Positions 21,859-36,000 of a DNA stretch of 64,000 nt are shown here, piece after piece. Both the position numbers and the translations under genes were made by a program. This DNA is from Marsupella aquatica (Eukaryota > Plantae > Marchantiophyta): assembly GCA_973895155.1 (NCBI GenBank), contig OZ316897.1, positions 1,824,515 through 1,888,514 of the forward strand, read 5' to 3'. Under the pieces are notes generated by a model. The model made no database searches, had not been told where the DNA came from, and saw only the letters and a program-made list of their open reading frames with translations. How positions within the stretch are numbered: position 1 is the stretch's first letter; each line of letters opens with the position of its first letter.

Positions 21859-23606
21859 AGTGAATGTTTACACAATATTCAGTTGAGTTTTACATAGAAA
21901 AGTTTGATTCACCAGTCTGTCACTTGCACTTTACTCTATTTCTCATGATAGTCAGGCCAGGCTGGCCCAGTGGTTATGTGACTTCACCCAAGGGCAATGC
22001 CTCATAACCTTGTACACATATACAAAGGGAAAATTCAGGAAGGTTTACTATTGATGGGACCCCAGAATGAAAGGTGTTACTTGGTACGACCCTTGAAGTT
22101 TTGGGTATGTTGATTCAAGGTCAATCTAGGGTCTGGATCACTCAAGGGTCTCCTGAATAGCTTTATTCAACAGGGCGTCTCAGTCAGTACTCTCAGTTTT
22201 GCCTCCGATCACGGTCACAGTATAAAAAGTGAAAAAAGTAGTGGACTCGAAAATCCTTGTCTGCAGAATCGTGACAGCAGACCCAAACTTCTAATTTGGG
22301 ACAGGTTTTTTTTTCCATAACCCTATGAATAAGCTATGACCATTTATTTCTGGCAAAAAACTATGAAGCATAGAGCCCATTATTCTCAAGTGGGGATGAG
22401 TTGTCGGGCATAAAGCCCCCAAGTGTAGTGTATTTTTTAAACATTAAGTTCACTTTACACTGTAAAACTATCTGCCTAGCTCTTTGCCACTTGTGTATTC
22501 TCATACAAATTTTGAGAATCCCCAGGCCAAGTTGGCACAAGGGTTTTGCCGCTTGTGTGTTCTCATAGAAATTTTGAGAATCCCAGGCCAAGTTGGCACA
22601 TATGTGGGGTAATTTCTCATAGCCTTACACAGACTAATGTTTCAAACAAATATTCACCATGGGGGTTTAGAGGACACTTTTTTGTTAGTATTTCTATGGA
22701 TGATTGTGACCCTTGGTTTTTATTTGTATGGATGGGTATAAGCTGTAACGCCCCTAACACCCTGGTCTGGGGGGTATGAGATTTGGGGTGGAACTGGAAA
22801 TGGGCACAGTGGTACTCACTATCTATTTAGAAGCAAAGCTCCATAGTTCAGGCTAATAGTCTATATTTCAATTTGCTGTCAAAGTCCATGGTTCATGACT
22901 CCTGTAGATTGGATCTGGTTATTGGGGACCCTTCTTGTGCTTAGTTGTGAGTAGGGAGGAATTGGGGAGTCTGGGTATGGGAGCCCTTTCTATGCATACG
23001 CACCAGTATGTAGGTTCTGTAGTTATTAGAATTTTGGACAGGACTGGCAAAATATTTCACAGTGTTTGTGAAGCCTCAAAAGAATTTTGTGATGTAATTG
23101 TTTCTTGATTTAAACACTGTATTATTATTTTTAAATCTGAAAACTAAGGCAGGAAAAATAATATCTGTTGGTGCATGATTTCCAAGAATGGCAAATAAGT
23201 AATATCTCCACGAGTTGCACCAAATGGGACGGCACTATGGTATAAAAGGGGCATTGCCCCTAACAAGCCACTATTGATCTGCCTATTTGAACAGTAGACC
23301 TACCTTGAGGCTCTCCCACTCACTTCCCATAGTAGGACCCTAGTACCCAGAAAATGTTTTTGGTGATTAGCGGTCTAGTTAGAGACTATTGTAATTCTGA
23401 AACTTCTGTGAAAAAATCACATCACCTCAGAAATTCCAAGTCATTGGATCTGTGTGTAATTGGACCGTTCAGATTCTTTTCATGTGTGAGCACTTGTGTG
23501 ACAAAAGTGAAATTTGATTCTCAGCCATTGATGTTTCCAATTGGAGCATTTAGATTCCTTGCATGTGGGAACATTTATATGCATAATCATGTGGAACAAA
23601 AATGAG

Positions 23607-25453
23607 ATTCAAGGAGACGAGTCCCTGGAACAGCATTAAGTGTACCTCGGGACTTCCCCACAACCTACCGGAAGGAGCGCCCTGAGTTTTCCCCTTTTTG
23701 CACCCATCTCTTTTCAGGCCATGACCTTACACTCGCTTCCCCGGCCGGGCTCCCTCTCAATTAGAGACTTAATTTAATTCAACATTCTTATCCCCTCTTG
23801 TGTAGTGTCTTTTTCCCTTGCATGTGTTTGTGGGAGTGTTTGTTTAAATTTATTGGACTCCATAGAGGCAATCTTTTGACAATAGCTGACATTCTATTTA
23901 AATTTTTTGGACTCCATGGAGAGTTCCCGGGTATTGTCCTGGTTTAGAAATAAAATAAAATTCTTGGACTCCATGGAGGCAATTGTTTGACAGCAGCTGA
24001 CACATTTTGACCTTTTTTGCAAAGTCCAGCCCCAGTCTTTTAGTCTTTGATTTATGAGGGGTTGATTATTCAGTGCAAGATCACCTGAGCTCAAACTCTT
24101 GCTACTAAATTCTTCCTCAGTTCATCGTTGTATTCCACACCTTCCAGATGGGTAACAAATGCATTCATGTCTAACTTGTAATTGTGCCTAACTTTGTAAC
24201 TTTAGTATTTCAAGGTCCAGGGAGCACAAACACTAAACTCAAAAGAACATACACCATTGCTAGTCCCAAAACCTGAAAAAATGAGAAAATTAAAAAATTA
24301 TCACCTACTCATACGGCTAAACTATTGTAGAACCAACTTCCTAGGAAAACCAATTTTCAATTCAATCATCAAATTGGATTTTGAAACAATTTCTCTTTTG
24401 AAAGTCAGTGTAATGATGAATATAATAGCAATTTTGATTTTCTGATATATCCATTTCTTTAATACTTCCTGAATTTCTCCACAGTAGTACAGTAGAGTTT
24501 TACAAACGTCCACAAGGCTAAGAATTTACTGATGGGTATAACTTTGATTCTTCCTTGAGCACTTTATCAGCCAAATGTTTTTTAAATTGGATATATTAGT
24601 ATATCATCTCCATTCATTAGAGCTAAATTTAAAAAGAAAAAAAAATGGGTCGCCATTTTTCTTTATTCTAAGGCTTGAGCAGTAAGTATGACTACTGTAG
24701 TTTACATCTGAAATGATTATCTCCATTTTTTTTGAATTTGATAGATCATTTTGGTTTCAACCCCTTTGTATCTTACATCTGAAATATAAGTATGGTCTAA
24801 GAAATGCATGATTACAGACTCAAAGTGCTCAGGCTCCCATAGAGGTTACAAAGTTAGGCACAATTACAAGCTAGGCATGAATGCATTTGTTACCCATCTG
24901 GAAGGCGTGGAATACAAGGATGAACTGAGGAAGAATTTAGTGGCAAGAGGTTGAGCTCAGGTGATCTTCCACTAAATAATCAACCCCTCATAAATCAATG
25001 ACTACAACTAGACTGGGGCCGGACCTTGCAAAGCGGGTCAAAATGTGTCAGCTACTGTCAAACGATTGTCTCCATGGAGTCCAAGAATTATTTAATTTAT
25101 TTTTCCAAAACCGGGATAATACCCGGTAACTCTCCATGGAGTCCAAGACATTTAAATAGAATGTCAGCTACTTTCAAACGATTGCCTCCATGGAACCCAA
25201 GAAATTTAAACAAACACTTCCACCAACAGATGCAAAGGAAAAAGGCACTACACAAGAGGGGATAAGAATGTTGAATTAAGTTAAGTCTCTAATTGAGAGG
25301 GAGCCAGGGGCAGCGAGTGTAAGGTCATGGCCTGAAAAGAGATGAGTGCAAAAAGGGGAAAACTCAGGGTGCACTCAGGGTGCTCCTTCCGGTAGGCTAT
25401 GGGGGAGTCCCAAGGTACAGTTAATGCTGGTCCAGGGACTCGTCTCCTTGAAT
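23607..25453. mobile_element. Non-autonomous foldback/MULE-like element with ~590-bp TIRs
   Basis: 23607-~24200 is the reverse complement of ~24845-25453 (ATTCAAGGAGACGAGTCCCTGG... / ...CCAGGGACTCGTCTCCTTGAAT). TSD AAAATGAG(A) at 23599-23606 and 25454-25461. Confidence 0.9.
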
Positions 25454-25519
25454 AAAATGAGAAGTGGTGTCAGATTGCATTAATTATCAGTTATATGCAT
25501 AATCATGTGGGACAAAAAT

Positions 25520-25765
25520 AAGACGTGGTCGATTCCCCACAAAAGACAAGATCGTGGCTCATAATGAGCCTCCCGTACCCTTTTAGCCGCCCGCTGCCCG
25601 ACTTTTTTCAGTGTCACACTTTCTCTAAGTGTGACTAGAGCCTGAATGATCCCCACTTTTGGGTAGGGTGAATGACAAAACCTTCTTTTGTTGCTAACCA
25701 GATTCAAACCTGGGAACTGTCACCCCCCTAAGGAGCCGCTCTACCAACTAGCCTTGGGCAGTTGG
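25520..25765 (-). mobile_element. Degenerate tRNA-derived SINE; 3' boundary uncertain
   Basis: Minus strand reads GGCTAGTTGGTAGAGC (A box) ... CCCAGGTTTGAATCTGG (B box) at ~25755-25698. Confidence 0.5.
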
Positions 25766-27749
25766 TGTCCACATTGATTCACTCCAGGTATTTAACCAGA
25801 TACTAATGTTAGAAATACTGGGCAGCAGGCAGTCACGTACGGGGTTAATAACAGCTAATCGCATTGATTAGCCTCGATCTTGCCTTTCATTCTTAATAGT
25901 GGTGTCAGATTGCATTAGATAATTAATGTCCATGCTTTAATGTCATACCAAAATAGATGCATCCACATTTTTTGTTTAAAATTTATTTTTAAAAAATTTT
26001 AAAATTATTTTTTGCATCCACATTTATTTTGCATGAACTCGTAAAACAGTGTGATACATTATCCACCCAAAAAGTACTTTAGTCCAAAATGATGAAAAAG
26101 TGAGAGTCAATCCTAGCTCTCCATCAAGAATTGATTTTTTGGGGTGCCATCAGATCCACCTAGACACTCCTCTCACCTCAAATATCCAATGCCTGCCGCA
26201 TCTGCCCAAAATGAAAATATAATAAGTTTTGGAAATTTGGAGAAATTTGGAATTAAACTATTATTTAAATATGTATTCAAAGTGACTTAAAAATAAAACA
26301 ATCCCCCATATTGTGCAACCATGCCTGGACACCTACGCCAAATTCAAAACTTAGACCATGGTAGTGCATTTTTACTTTCATTCCTATTTGATTTAAACGT
26401 TGAATTTTTTTGAGAGCATAGAATAGACATTGTGACCGTATACTTTGGCAAAATTAATTTAGTACCAATGGAGTACGGGGTCAAGAATTAAGAATAGGCA
26501 AAGGTAGCCAACATTGTTTGATTAGTTTTCCACAATTGAAAGACATAATCAAATGCCTTCTAAGCAGATTTCACAGGCAGATCTACCTGAGCCAACCCTA
26601 ACTCAAGCTGATTTGACCTAGGAATGCTTAAAGAAAAACAATTTTCATTATGGGAGTGCTTGCACTCTTGTATGTTTGGTTTTCAGTGGTCATCTCCCTC
26701 TTTCCCGCTTCTTCTTGAACAAAAGGATTTCCCGGGGAAAAAAAGAAAACAACTCAATCAATCTACAAATCAATGTGGCATGGAACATTTAGAAGAAAAA
26801 AAACTTATAACATTTTCTAGGACATGTGAAGTTTTCTAGGACATGTGTTTTCTAGGGTTGTGAAGTGCATGTCTTTTGCATATGGATGGACATCCTTATT
26901 GCTAGTTGTGTTGAGATACATGTGTTGAGAAACCAATATACAAAATACAATGTATCTTGACACCAGTTTAGGGTGTGTCCATGACCAAAAGAAAAAAATC
27001 ACTATATATCAACACTCTACATTGGCCATAGCTTTGGCAAGTCACAAGTTGAGCTCCATGATACAATACTTTTCACTCTCCACTCTCCAACTCTTGACCA
27101 TTGATATCTAGTGTGAGCACAATGAAGTGTTCCTCCAAGGAGGTTCCTATAGGCTCTTTCCACTAGTCTGACCTCAGACTCACTTCACCATGGTTAAGTT
27201 GTGCTCAGACAATTAACCTATTCAACCAAGTCTTGCTACAGTTAAGTATCAACAAGTTATTAATTAACCCTTGCTACTCTCAACGATGTTGTAATGGATG
27301 GGGCATTTGTAAAAGAACCCTACACCCTAATTCTCCCCTTCCCCCGCTCCCCCCCCGCTCCCCCCTAACCCCATTAACCAACTTTCCTAATTTTTTAGCA
27401 ACAAACATATTTTACCTTTCAAATGGTAGAGTCCATTTCATAGAAAACTGGTCAAAACATGAAAACTCAATGTCACTAACAAATCCAAACTAGACCCACA
27501 TACTGGTTTCTTAAAATATGTGTTTTTGGATGAGGTTCTTGGGGAGCATGATAGCTATATTTTGAGACTATCACCAGGCAATGAGGGATGGTGAATCTGT
27601 GAGGGATAGCATAACTGTCACTTTCATTCCAAATTTGGCACATTCTCTCTTTGTCAGTATTTTATGCAAAATCAATCTTTAAAAGGCACCAGAGGCACCA
27701 AATTTGTAAATTTTGGTGCTCCAAACGTACATCCCAGGAGGTTCACTTA

Positions 27750-29695
27750 CCTTGCCTGTACACAAGTTAGTGACAACAGCAGAACTTGTTTATAAACCAT
27801 TGAAGGGCCGTACAAATGTGGGCATGGCTCATTGGGGATCCTGGATGGACCAATTTAGGATCAATGCGTTTGTTGTGAACCATGGTGTTGGTGAAGATTG
27901 TCCTCCTCTGCGAGGCAGTGAGTGTCTTTGAAGCTGGCAGGGCCATAGTGCATGATGAAGATACATGATAGCCAGAATAATATGTTGTTAAGATCTTGCA
28001 AGACCATAAGTACTATAGAAGAGACAACTTGTGAACATGGCACTTGAAACAATTCAAAACTTTGCTGGCAAGGATATTCAGATACATTATTTGTTTGATT
28101 TATACTAGACAACACTGGGAACTATGGGGAACTTACTATGTAGTGTATTGAGGAGGAGTTGGACCTATATCCTGGTGGCCAGTGCTCCTTAAATTGTGGT
28201 TAAGTTGGTGGCATCATTGGGGTCATGGGTGCCATTAAGGCATGTCAACACAGGGCCGTGAGTGAGTTGCAGCCAATGACATAATTTAATTTTATGGGAT
28301 ACCGTCCATTCCATAAGGATCGGATGTCCAACAAGTGGATGTCTGTAGGACAAGTTATCATTTATGGCTAATTCATTACTGACAGCCATAAGACCTTGAT
28401 TGTGAGAGTGCTTTGACACACCCTTTTTGTGCCATCATTCATTGAATTTGGTGCGAAGTCATTGGGGTCATGGGTGTTGAAGGAGGTGGTCGCGCTGGAA
28501 GGAGATGCCGCCCAGATTGGCTACTAAACTCTGTGATGAAATATTGCTGACCGTGATAACATGACAGGCACCAAGGACCGCGGAGGCAAATGGCAATGCA
28601 CTTAATCATCATGAAATTGGAAACATCCACCATTGATGTGTAGTACTGGAAACAAGTATACACACACACACATTCCATACAAAGAAGCTCAGACATTTGG
28701 TCAGCTCTATTTCTTAGTTGTGTACACAATATAATTGGTAGTACAACAAATATATCGTTCCAGATTATAATGTCTGACTTGAGCTAGAGTCTATATGTCA
28801 ATCAAATGAATGTATATTACAAGGAATTCCATCAATCAAAAAATGAAGATAATTTGTGAGTTCCTCTCAAAATATTATTGAAGTTTCATTTATGGTTTGA
28901 AGATGATTTGAGTCCAATTCATTATTTGGATGCAACCCTCAGTTGCATAGTTGGACTATTTCATTCACTCTATGGACCTTCTAGTTCAACATGAATCCAT
29001 CCTTATCGACACTGTTACTGTTGCAAGATTTACTCCAAGAATTCCTTATCTAGCTTGTTTCTAATTCCTAACATTCCATTTCAGCAAGGTTTTTCATCTT
29101 AAAATGCTAATGCTAACTTGTCAAATTATTGGAGTTCATTGAACAACAAAGGAATTCCAACAAATAGGTTGGTTCTCACCGCAGAGTCAGAGAGTATCCA
29201 GGGAACTGAGCTTGCTGAACTCTTAAATCTCTGCAACTGCAAATTAGCTGTTGGCACCTGAACATCTGCCAAAAACCAAAAGGACAAATAAACCTCTGGT
29301 CAAAATGAATTGCAAGCACATTTTATATTGAATGCAATTGAAGCTCAGGTGTGCAAACTGCAGAATTTCACAGAAGTTAGAGTCAATATGTTATTGGTGA
29401 GCATATATAATTGAATGTAGGTATCAACAAGTCGTAAGTACATTCTAAATAAACTTTCCCTGGAATTGACTGCCTTTTTTGGATATGATAAATTGTTTGC
29501 AACATGCAGAAACAAATCTTAGTAATAGGAGCACCATTAATTAGTTCTAGCAAACAATGGTGTTGAGATTGTTTCTGGAAAAGTTCAGATGCTGGATCAG
29601 AGCCATTTTCACCTGAGATGGATAAGATGCAGACCAGCTGCAACCCAGCCGCAACTCCATGAGAAGGGACTAGGCCCCATGATTCTCCTTTTCAT
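27750..29695 (-). pseudogene. Inverted, decayed partial paralog (exons 1-4) of the cell-wall protein gene at 33100
   Basis: Minus-strand homologs of exon 1 (ACCATGAAAAGGAGAAT), exon 2 (GGCAGATGTTCAGGTGCC) and exon 3 (QYYTSMVDVSNF...GQQYFIT...GRHLL). Introns and upstream sequence are also alignable. Confidence 0.8.
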
Positions 29696-32009
29696 GGTGA
29701 AAGCCATGAGCTTGTTCGATCATGAGCTCAGGATCGAATTATTTACAATTTCTCCCTTTCACTTGTTCAGTTGGCCATGCTTGCCTGCAAATTAATTAGA
29801 TTGGTGAGTAGCTGTTAATCAACTGAGCAGTCTCACTTTACTAACCCAGAAGAACGCAAGGTGATGTTAGTCTCACATATATCAGTCAACAATCTAAGCA
29901 ACTGAGTACCTTGGTTTGTGTCTGGGTACTAGAAAACAATTCCATAGACTGAGCATGGATACTAGTTTAGTCCAACTTTTAAGGAGCTTGTCCACAATAC
30001 CCTCCATTAATAATTTTGGATCACACTCAGCTCAATCCTCCATCCACAAAAGCATAGTACACCGTATCTTAAATGACTCGGAAAAACTTGACATGTTGGT
30101 TTGCTGTGCCCTACATACCATAAATTGTGAACATGGGAAGGCGATCCTGATTTTTCACCGCTTAATCACTGCCACAATCAAATTGACAGAGCTCCCAAGA
30201 TAGAATTGCTGGGAGATAGTTAAATCCCAATTGAGACAATTCAAAATATTTGCAGTGAGAAAGGAATACTAATGTAACAAGAGATGCACTCCTCATTGCC
30301 CCTTCCCTCCTTTTCCAAAATGATTGGATGAAGATCTTGGGACACAAATGATGCCTTTCTTGGAAGGATTTCTTTCTTGCGTCTCACATGCAGCCTGTTT
30401 AATCACAAATCCTCTCCACAGTCAGAAGGAGTTCAATGCAGGTAATTGAGCATACCCGCCTTCATGCACATCAACTCCACATTCCAAAATGAGTTGCACA
30501 CACCTAGTAATTTGAATTCTGAATCACCTGCATAATTGCATAGAAGTCTACTAAACAATAGCCTTTAAAAAATGTGCAGGGATTGTAGGATAGTTTACAA
30601 ATATACTCTACAATGTTGCAATGCAGTAAAGCCAAACCTACTAATTGTATTTTCAAAAATGGCAGGGATTGCACTATCGTGTACAAGTATCATCTCCATT
30701 AATGTTGCAATGCAGAAAAGAGAAGGCACCTGAATTACTGGCTGTTTGACCAGCAGTCCCACTTCAAGTGTTGATTTGGTCTGCTGTTATCCTCCTAAGC
30801 CATGGAATTGGGTCTTCCAGCTCCTCAATCCTTGACTCCCTAGTGTTTATTTTGTCTGTTGTCATGCTCTCTAAGCTGTTGAATTGGGTCTTGGCAGCTT
30901 ACTGTCGTGTTACACAGTTTGACATCATGTTAGAGAGGTCTGGTCCCAAACTTGCATTACCAAACCGCATGATGCTAAGGGAGGAGTTACACCTGTCCTG
31001 TAGCAATGGGGGCAGTTATTGCACAGGCTTAGAAACTGTTGTTGCAGTTTAGGTTTCTTATTTCTACTCTGGTAAACTTTCTGGATTTAGTTTGGATTTG
31101 ATATAAGTTAGTTATTGGTCACTCCCATAATTATGGGAACTAGCTCAAATAGCGACCTATGCACAGGAAGGGCTCCTTGTACCCAGACTCCCCCATGCCC
31201 CTACTCACAAGCATACCATATTGCCATCCCTGTTTGCCCAGGGTTTTCACAAAATATCACCTATTTCCATTTCAGGAATTTTTTAACACAAGGCCAGAAT
31301 ATTGTTCTCCTGTTTCCATTGTGCAAAAAGCCATGTACACTACTAAGTCAAAACTTACACTAGGATGCTTAGAATAGTCTTAAAACTTACATGGGAAATT
31401 GTTTTTCTAGGTTTCACAAGGACCCCAAAGTATCTATATAGTAATTAATAAATGGTAATTTAGTAGTAATTTAGTAAACGGTTGTGGCACAGTAATTTAG
31501 TAAACAGTTGTGGCACGGCGGTTCATCCAAGTCACGATCGTTCATCCAGGTTCTTTGTTAAACAATGTGGTCCATCCAAGTGCTACTTGTACCTCTCAAA
31601 GTAGCACAATGGTTCAAATAATTTCTCTAGATTTCAGTCAATGTCTACATGGTCAATAAATCAGTATTTTACGTCAAAATGCTTGAAATATTCCTTCCAT
31701 TTGCAGCAAATTGTTTTCTTTAAGCTTCAGGAAACCCACTTGTTTTTAATTGTCCAAAGGACTCAAATTGGAATCTCAAAGTTTCAGGAAGACTACCTTA
31801 ATTTCTTATTGTCCCAAGGACTTTTTTTTTTAATAACTACAATATTCATTTACTAAGCAAACCGTGATAGTCACTACAGTAACTCAACACATCACCACAA
31901 ATTTACCGGGGTGAAAACCAGAACCTAAACCGAACGGCAGTTTTTATGTCTGTGCAGTAACCGCCGCCCAACCCCTCCCTCCTACCAGTTATCCCTCCTC
32001 CCCCTTACG

Positions 32010-32225
32010 TCCTTTGGTCCGGTAATGTGAGTCCGGGACCATACCTCTTTCTCAAACGGTCCATGCTTTGGTCCGGCAAGGTGAGTCTGAGGCCAGACCT
32101 CTTTTACAAACGGTGCGTGCTTCGGTCTGGTAATGTTAGTTGGGAACCAGACCTCTTCTACAAACGTTGCATCCTTTGGTCTGGTAATGTGAGTTCGGGA
32201 CCAGACCTCTTAATTTACAAACTGT
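32010..32225. repeat. Tandem repeat, ~4 x 54 bp (CTTTGGTCYGGTAATGTGAGTYCGGGACCAGACCTCTT...)
   Basis: Visible directly; lies in the spacer between the inverted duplication arms. Confidence 0.8.
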
Positions 32226-33099
32226 ACTTCAGGATCGGTGGGCCGGAACGACCCAGCAGCATAACAGAAGACATCAGCAGTAGGAGTGAAGCATTAGGGA
32301 CTGTTGGTCAGAAGGCCAGACAATTCAGGGGCACCTTCTCTTGGTCTGCATTGCACATAATACCTATACAGAGTCCTACAATCCTGCCCATTTTTGAAAA
32401 GACAATTAGCAGTTTTGGTAGCAACTTGTTCAAATTTGGGAGCTAGTGTGCTCTTACTGAACAGGCTACTCATAGACACGAGAGAGAATTGAAATGGTGG
32501 AGGGAAGGGGCGATAAGGGGTGAAATCCTCTTTGATCAGCTCCTTACTATTCTTTTCTTTGTGCATAATCTTTCCTCAGCTGGGATTTTGAACTCCTCAA
32601 TTCCATCTTGGGAGCTCCATGAATTGGGGCTTGGCAGCTCCAAGGACACGGTGAAAGAAGGCCCCTTGATTGCCTTCTCACAATTTCACAATTTATGGTA
32701 GGCCACCACAAGCCAGAATTCCATATATTGCTGAGTTGCTTAATTAAGACATAGTCATTCTATTCAAGTAGTCTTTTCTGGAGGGGTGGCACAGCTCACA
32801 GAGGTATTTTCAGAGCTAATAGAGGGTAGTGGGGACAACTATTCAAATTACTCTTGGGAGGAATCTGCCTGTTTTCTAGTACAGAAAGGAAAGAAGGATA
32901 CAACTGCTTGGCTCTCTGATATAATAATCTGAGATTGTGTCTCACATGAAGTTGTGTTGTTTTGGGTCATAACAGTGAGATTGCTTGGCTGATTGCAAAC
33001 TACTCACCAGTCTAATTGCGGACAAGCATTGACAGCCGAATGGAGGAAGGGTAGAAATTACATTTGTGAGTGCATGATCAAAAGCTCATCAATTTAACC

Positions 33100-36000
33100 A
33101 TGAGGAGGAGAATGGGGCCTTGTCGCGGGCTAGCATGGCCCCTCCTTGTGGCATTGCAGCTGGTCCAAATATTATCCGTCTCAGGTTTGGACAGCTCGTG
33201 CTCGGACAACATCTGAATGCTTTGGATCAATTTCAATGTCATCCATTGGCTAGCACTAATAATTTTGCACGGTCTTGTAATTACTAAGACTTGTTTCCAC
33301 AAGTTGCAAACAAATTTATCATATCTAACAATGGTACACAATTTCAGGGAAAGTTTACTGAGCTTAAAGACTTAATGATACCTGCTATATGAATTCTATG
33401 CTCACCAACTACATATTGACTCTAGCTTCAGTTAAATTTTGCAGTTTGCAGGCTTGAGCTTCAATTAATTTGAATATTAAATGTGCATGCAGTTCATTCT
33501 GACCAAATGTTTATTTGTCCTTCTGGTTTTTGGCAGATGTTCAGGCGACACCAGTTGCAGTTACAGGGCTTGGGGATTCCAGCAAGCTCAATTCTCTGGA
33601 TAATCTTCGTGAGGTGAGAACTACCTGTTTTGCTGAATGTCTGCCTTGCCAGTCAACTTATAATTGAAAATTTTAGCACGTACAAGCCATTACCACAAAT
33701 GAACTCTTTGGTGAAATTTTAGAATAGCAAACAACCTAGATCAAGAATGTTCTCGCATCAATAGATTGAAGTGTCAATGAGGATGGATTGGTGTCAAGCC
33801 ACAATAAAGTGAATTAATGGGATGTCCAACTGTGTTGCATCGTAGTAAAGAAATGAATTTAGTAGGCCAATAATCATTCTTCAAATCATAATTGACGTCA
33901 AATCTAGTTTGAAAGTGTTAAAACTCCTTTCAGTATGTGTTACATTCATTTGATTAACATCAAAATTGCAACTCTAGATCAAATCAGTGTACCAATCCTG
34001 TGCACAACTAAGCAACAGAGCTGATCAATTGAGCTTCTCCGGGTGGATTGGGTGTGTGCCTACTCTGTTTACAGTACTACGCATCACTGGTGGATGTTTC
34101 CAATTTCACACAAAGTTTACCGGCATTACCATTGCCGCCTGGATCCTCGGGGAGCTGTCATGTTACTGTGGGTCAGCAATATTTCATCACTACGGGGTAT
34201 AGTGCCCGACCTGGGCGACATCTCCTTCAAGCACCACCGCCGCCGCCAATGACACCCATGACCCCAATGACTCCCACACCAGCTCCAATGATGGCACCAA
34301 TGGCACCCATGACCCCCATGACACCAACTCCAATGATGGCACCCATGGCACCCCCTATGATGGCACCTCCAATGATGGCACCGATGGCTCCTCCGATGAT
34401 GCCGCCAATGATGTCTCCTCCGATGATGCCGCCAATGATGCCTCCTCCGATGATGCCGCCAATGATGCCTCCTCCAATGATGCCGCCAATGATGTCTCCT
34501 CCTATGATGCCACCAATGATGCCTCCTCCAATGATGCCGCCAATGATGCCTCCTCCGATGATGGCACCATCTCCAATGCCTGGTAATTGACCAATTGTTG
34601 GATCCTTGAGCTGAAACCTGTTGGGGGGATGACTTGTGTTCAATGACTAGAATCTCCAGTTTGTAACTAAGTTCCTAGCTTATATAACCACTAAATCAGA
34701 ATGAGTACTGGCCAGGATTTACTCCCATCCCTTACTGACTCAATATAGACCAGTCCCCAGTCCACATTCCAATTGAGAAATCAAATAGCTTGAACAGTGA
34801 CAATTGATACTTATCAATACGTTATATGCTCATTCAGCGCGCTCTGAATATCCAGGACGGACCAAAATTGCTTTTACCATGTTCATGAATCAGATTTTGT
34901 CTCTTCTTGCTTTGGTTCTTAACAATATCAATGTTGTTGTGGGATGCTAATTAATATCATGACTATATGTTCATCTTGCAGTATGGCCACCGCCTTCAGG
35001 AGGACCTGGCATGATGTGGCCCCCAATGACTACCGTGGAAGTCTGGACTGCAAATCAACTTGTGCAGGCTCTACTGGCTGGCAATCCGACCATCATTGTT
35101 GCAAATAATATCAACCTTGCTGGTTTGTAAACTTAAATTAAAAAAACCGTGTTGGTTTGTTTTCAGATACTGTTAGTATGCAATATTAGTTTTGGATCAA
35201 ATTAATGTCTTACTTAGCAGCCAAAGAATAGAGTCCTATGATTCCAACATCCTTAAGCCCCATTGAGTAAGAAGGGGGCCAAGTGGTGAGTCATGAATGT
35301 ATCTATCAAATTCATAGATTGAGTCATATATATTTGGTCAGTTTGGGAAGGTTGTGGTGTGACCTTAAAGGCACAAATACCATGCAAAGATCTATAATTA
35401 TATTGTGAAATTATTATACTCTTGTTATTCATCAATTATAGTGATACCTTGCCTAGACACAAAAAGAAATTGTGTAAATTTTATGACATTCTCTCTGCTT
35501 TGTAATGTTGCAGACTCAGTACCATTACCAGGCATTATGCAAAAAGTCACAATAATGGGGAATTGCATGGACATGCTATGCCGGCTTGATGCTGGGGGGC
35601 AAGGAAATATCTTTCAAATTGGGTTGACTGGGTACTTGACTCTAAAAGACATTGATCTGAGAAATGGGCTTTGCACTCAAGGAGGTGCTGTTCTGGTATC
35701 TGGATCGGGAGCACTAATGGCTGGTCAGGGCGGAAAGTTTGTGGCTTTGAATGTCCACTTCTTCAATAATACTGCAACGGTAAGCAGTGACTGCTTTACA
35801 AGGGTCATAGGCCTATATAGACCCAGTTTCAGAATTCTTCCAGAGCAAATATGAAGTGACACGGCCATGGATATATCAAATCAATACTTTGTTGAGATGG
35901 TCTAACCGGATATAAGCAAATTGTGTGGTTCTTTTTTGATTTGATATTGCAGTCATCCTTTGTCTATGTGCACTGTCCAATTTAATTATTAGTTCAAATG

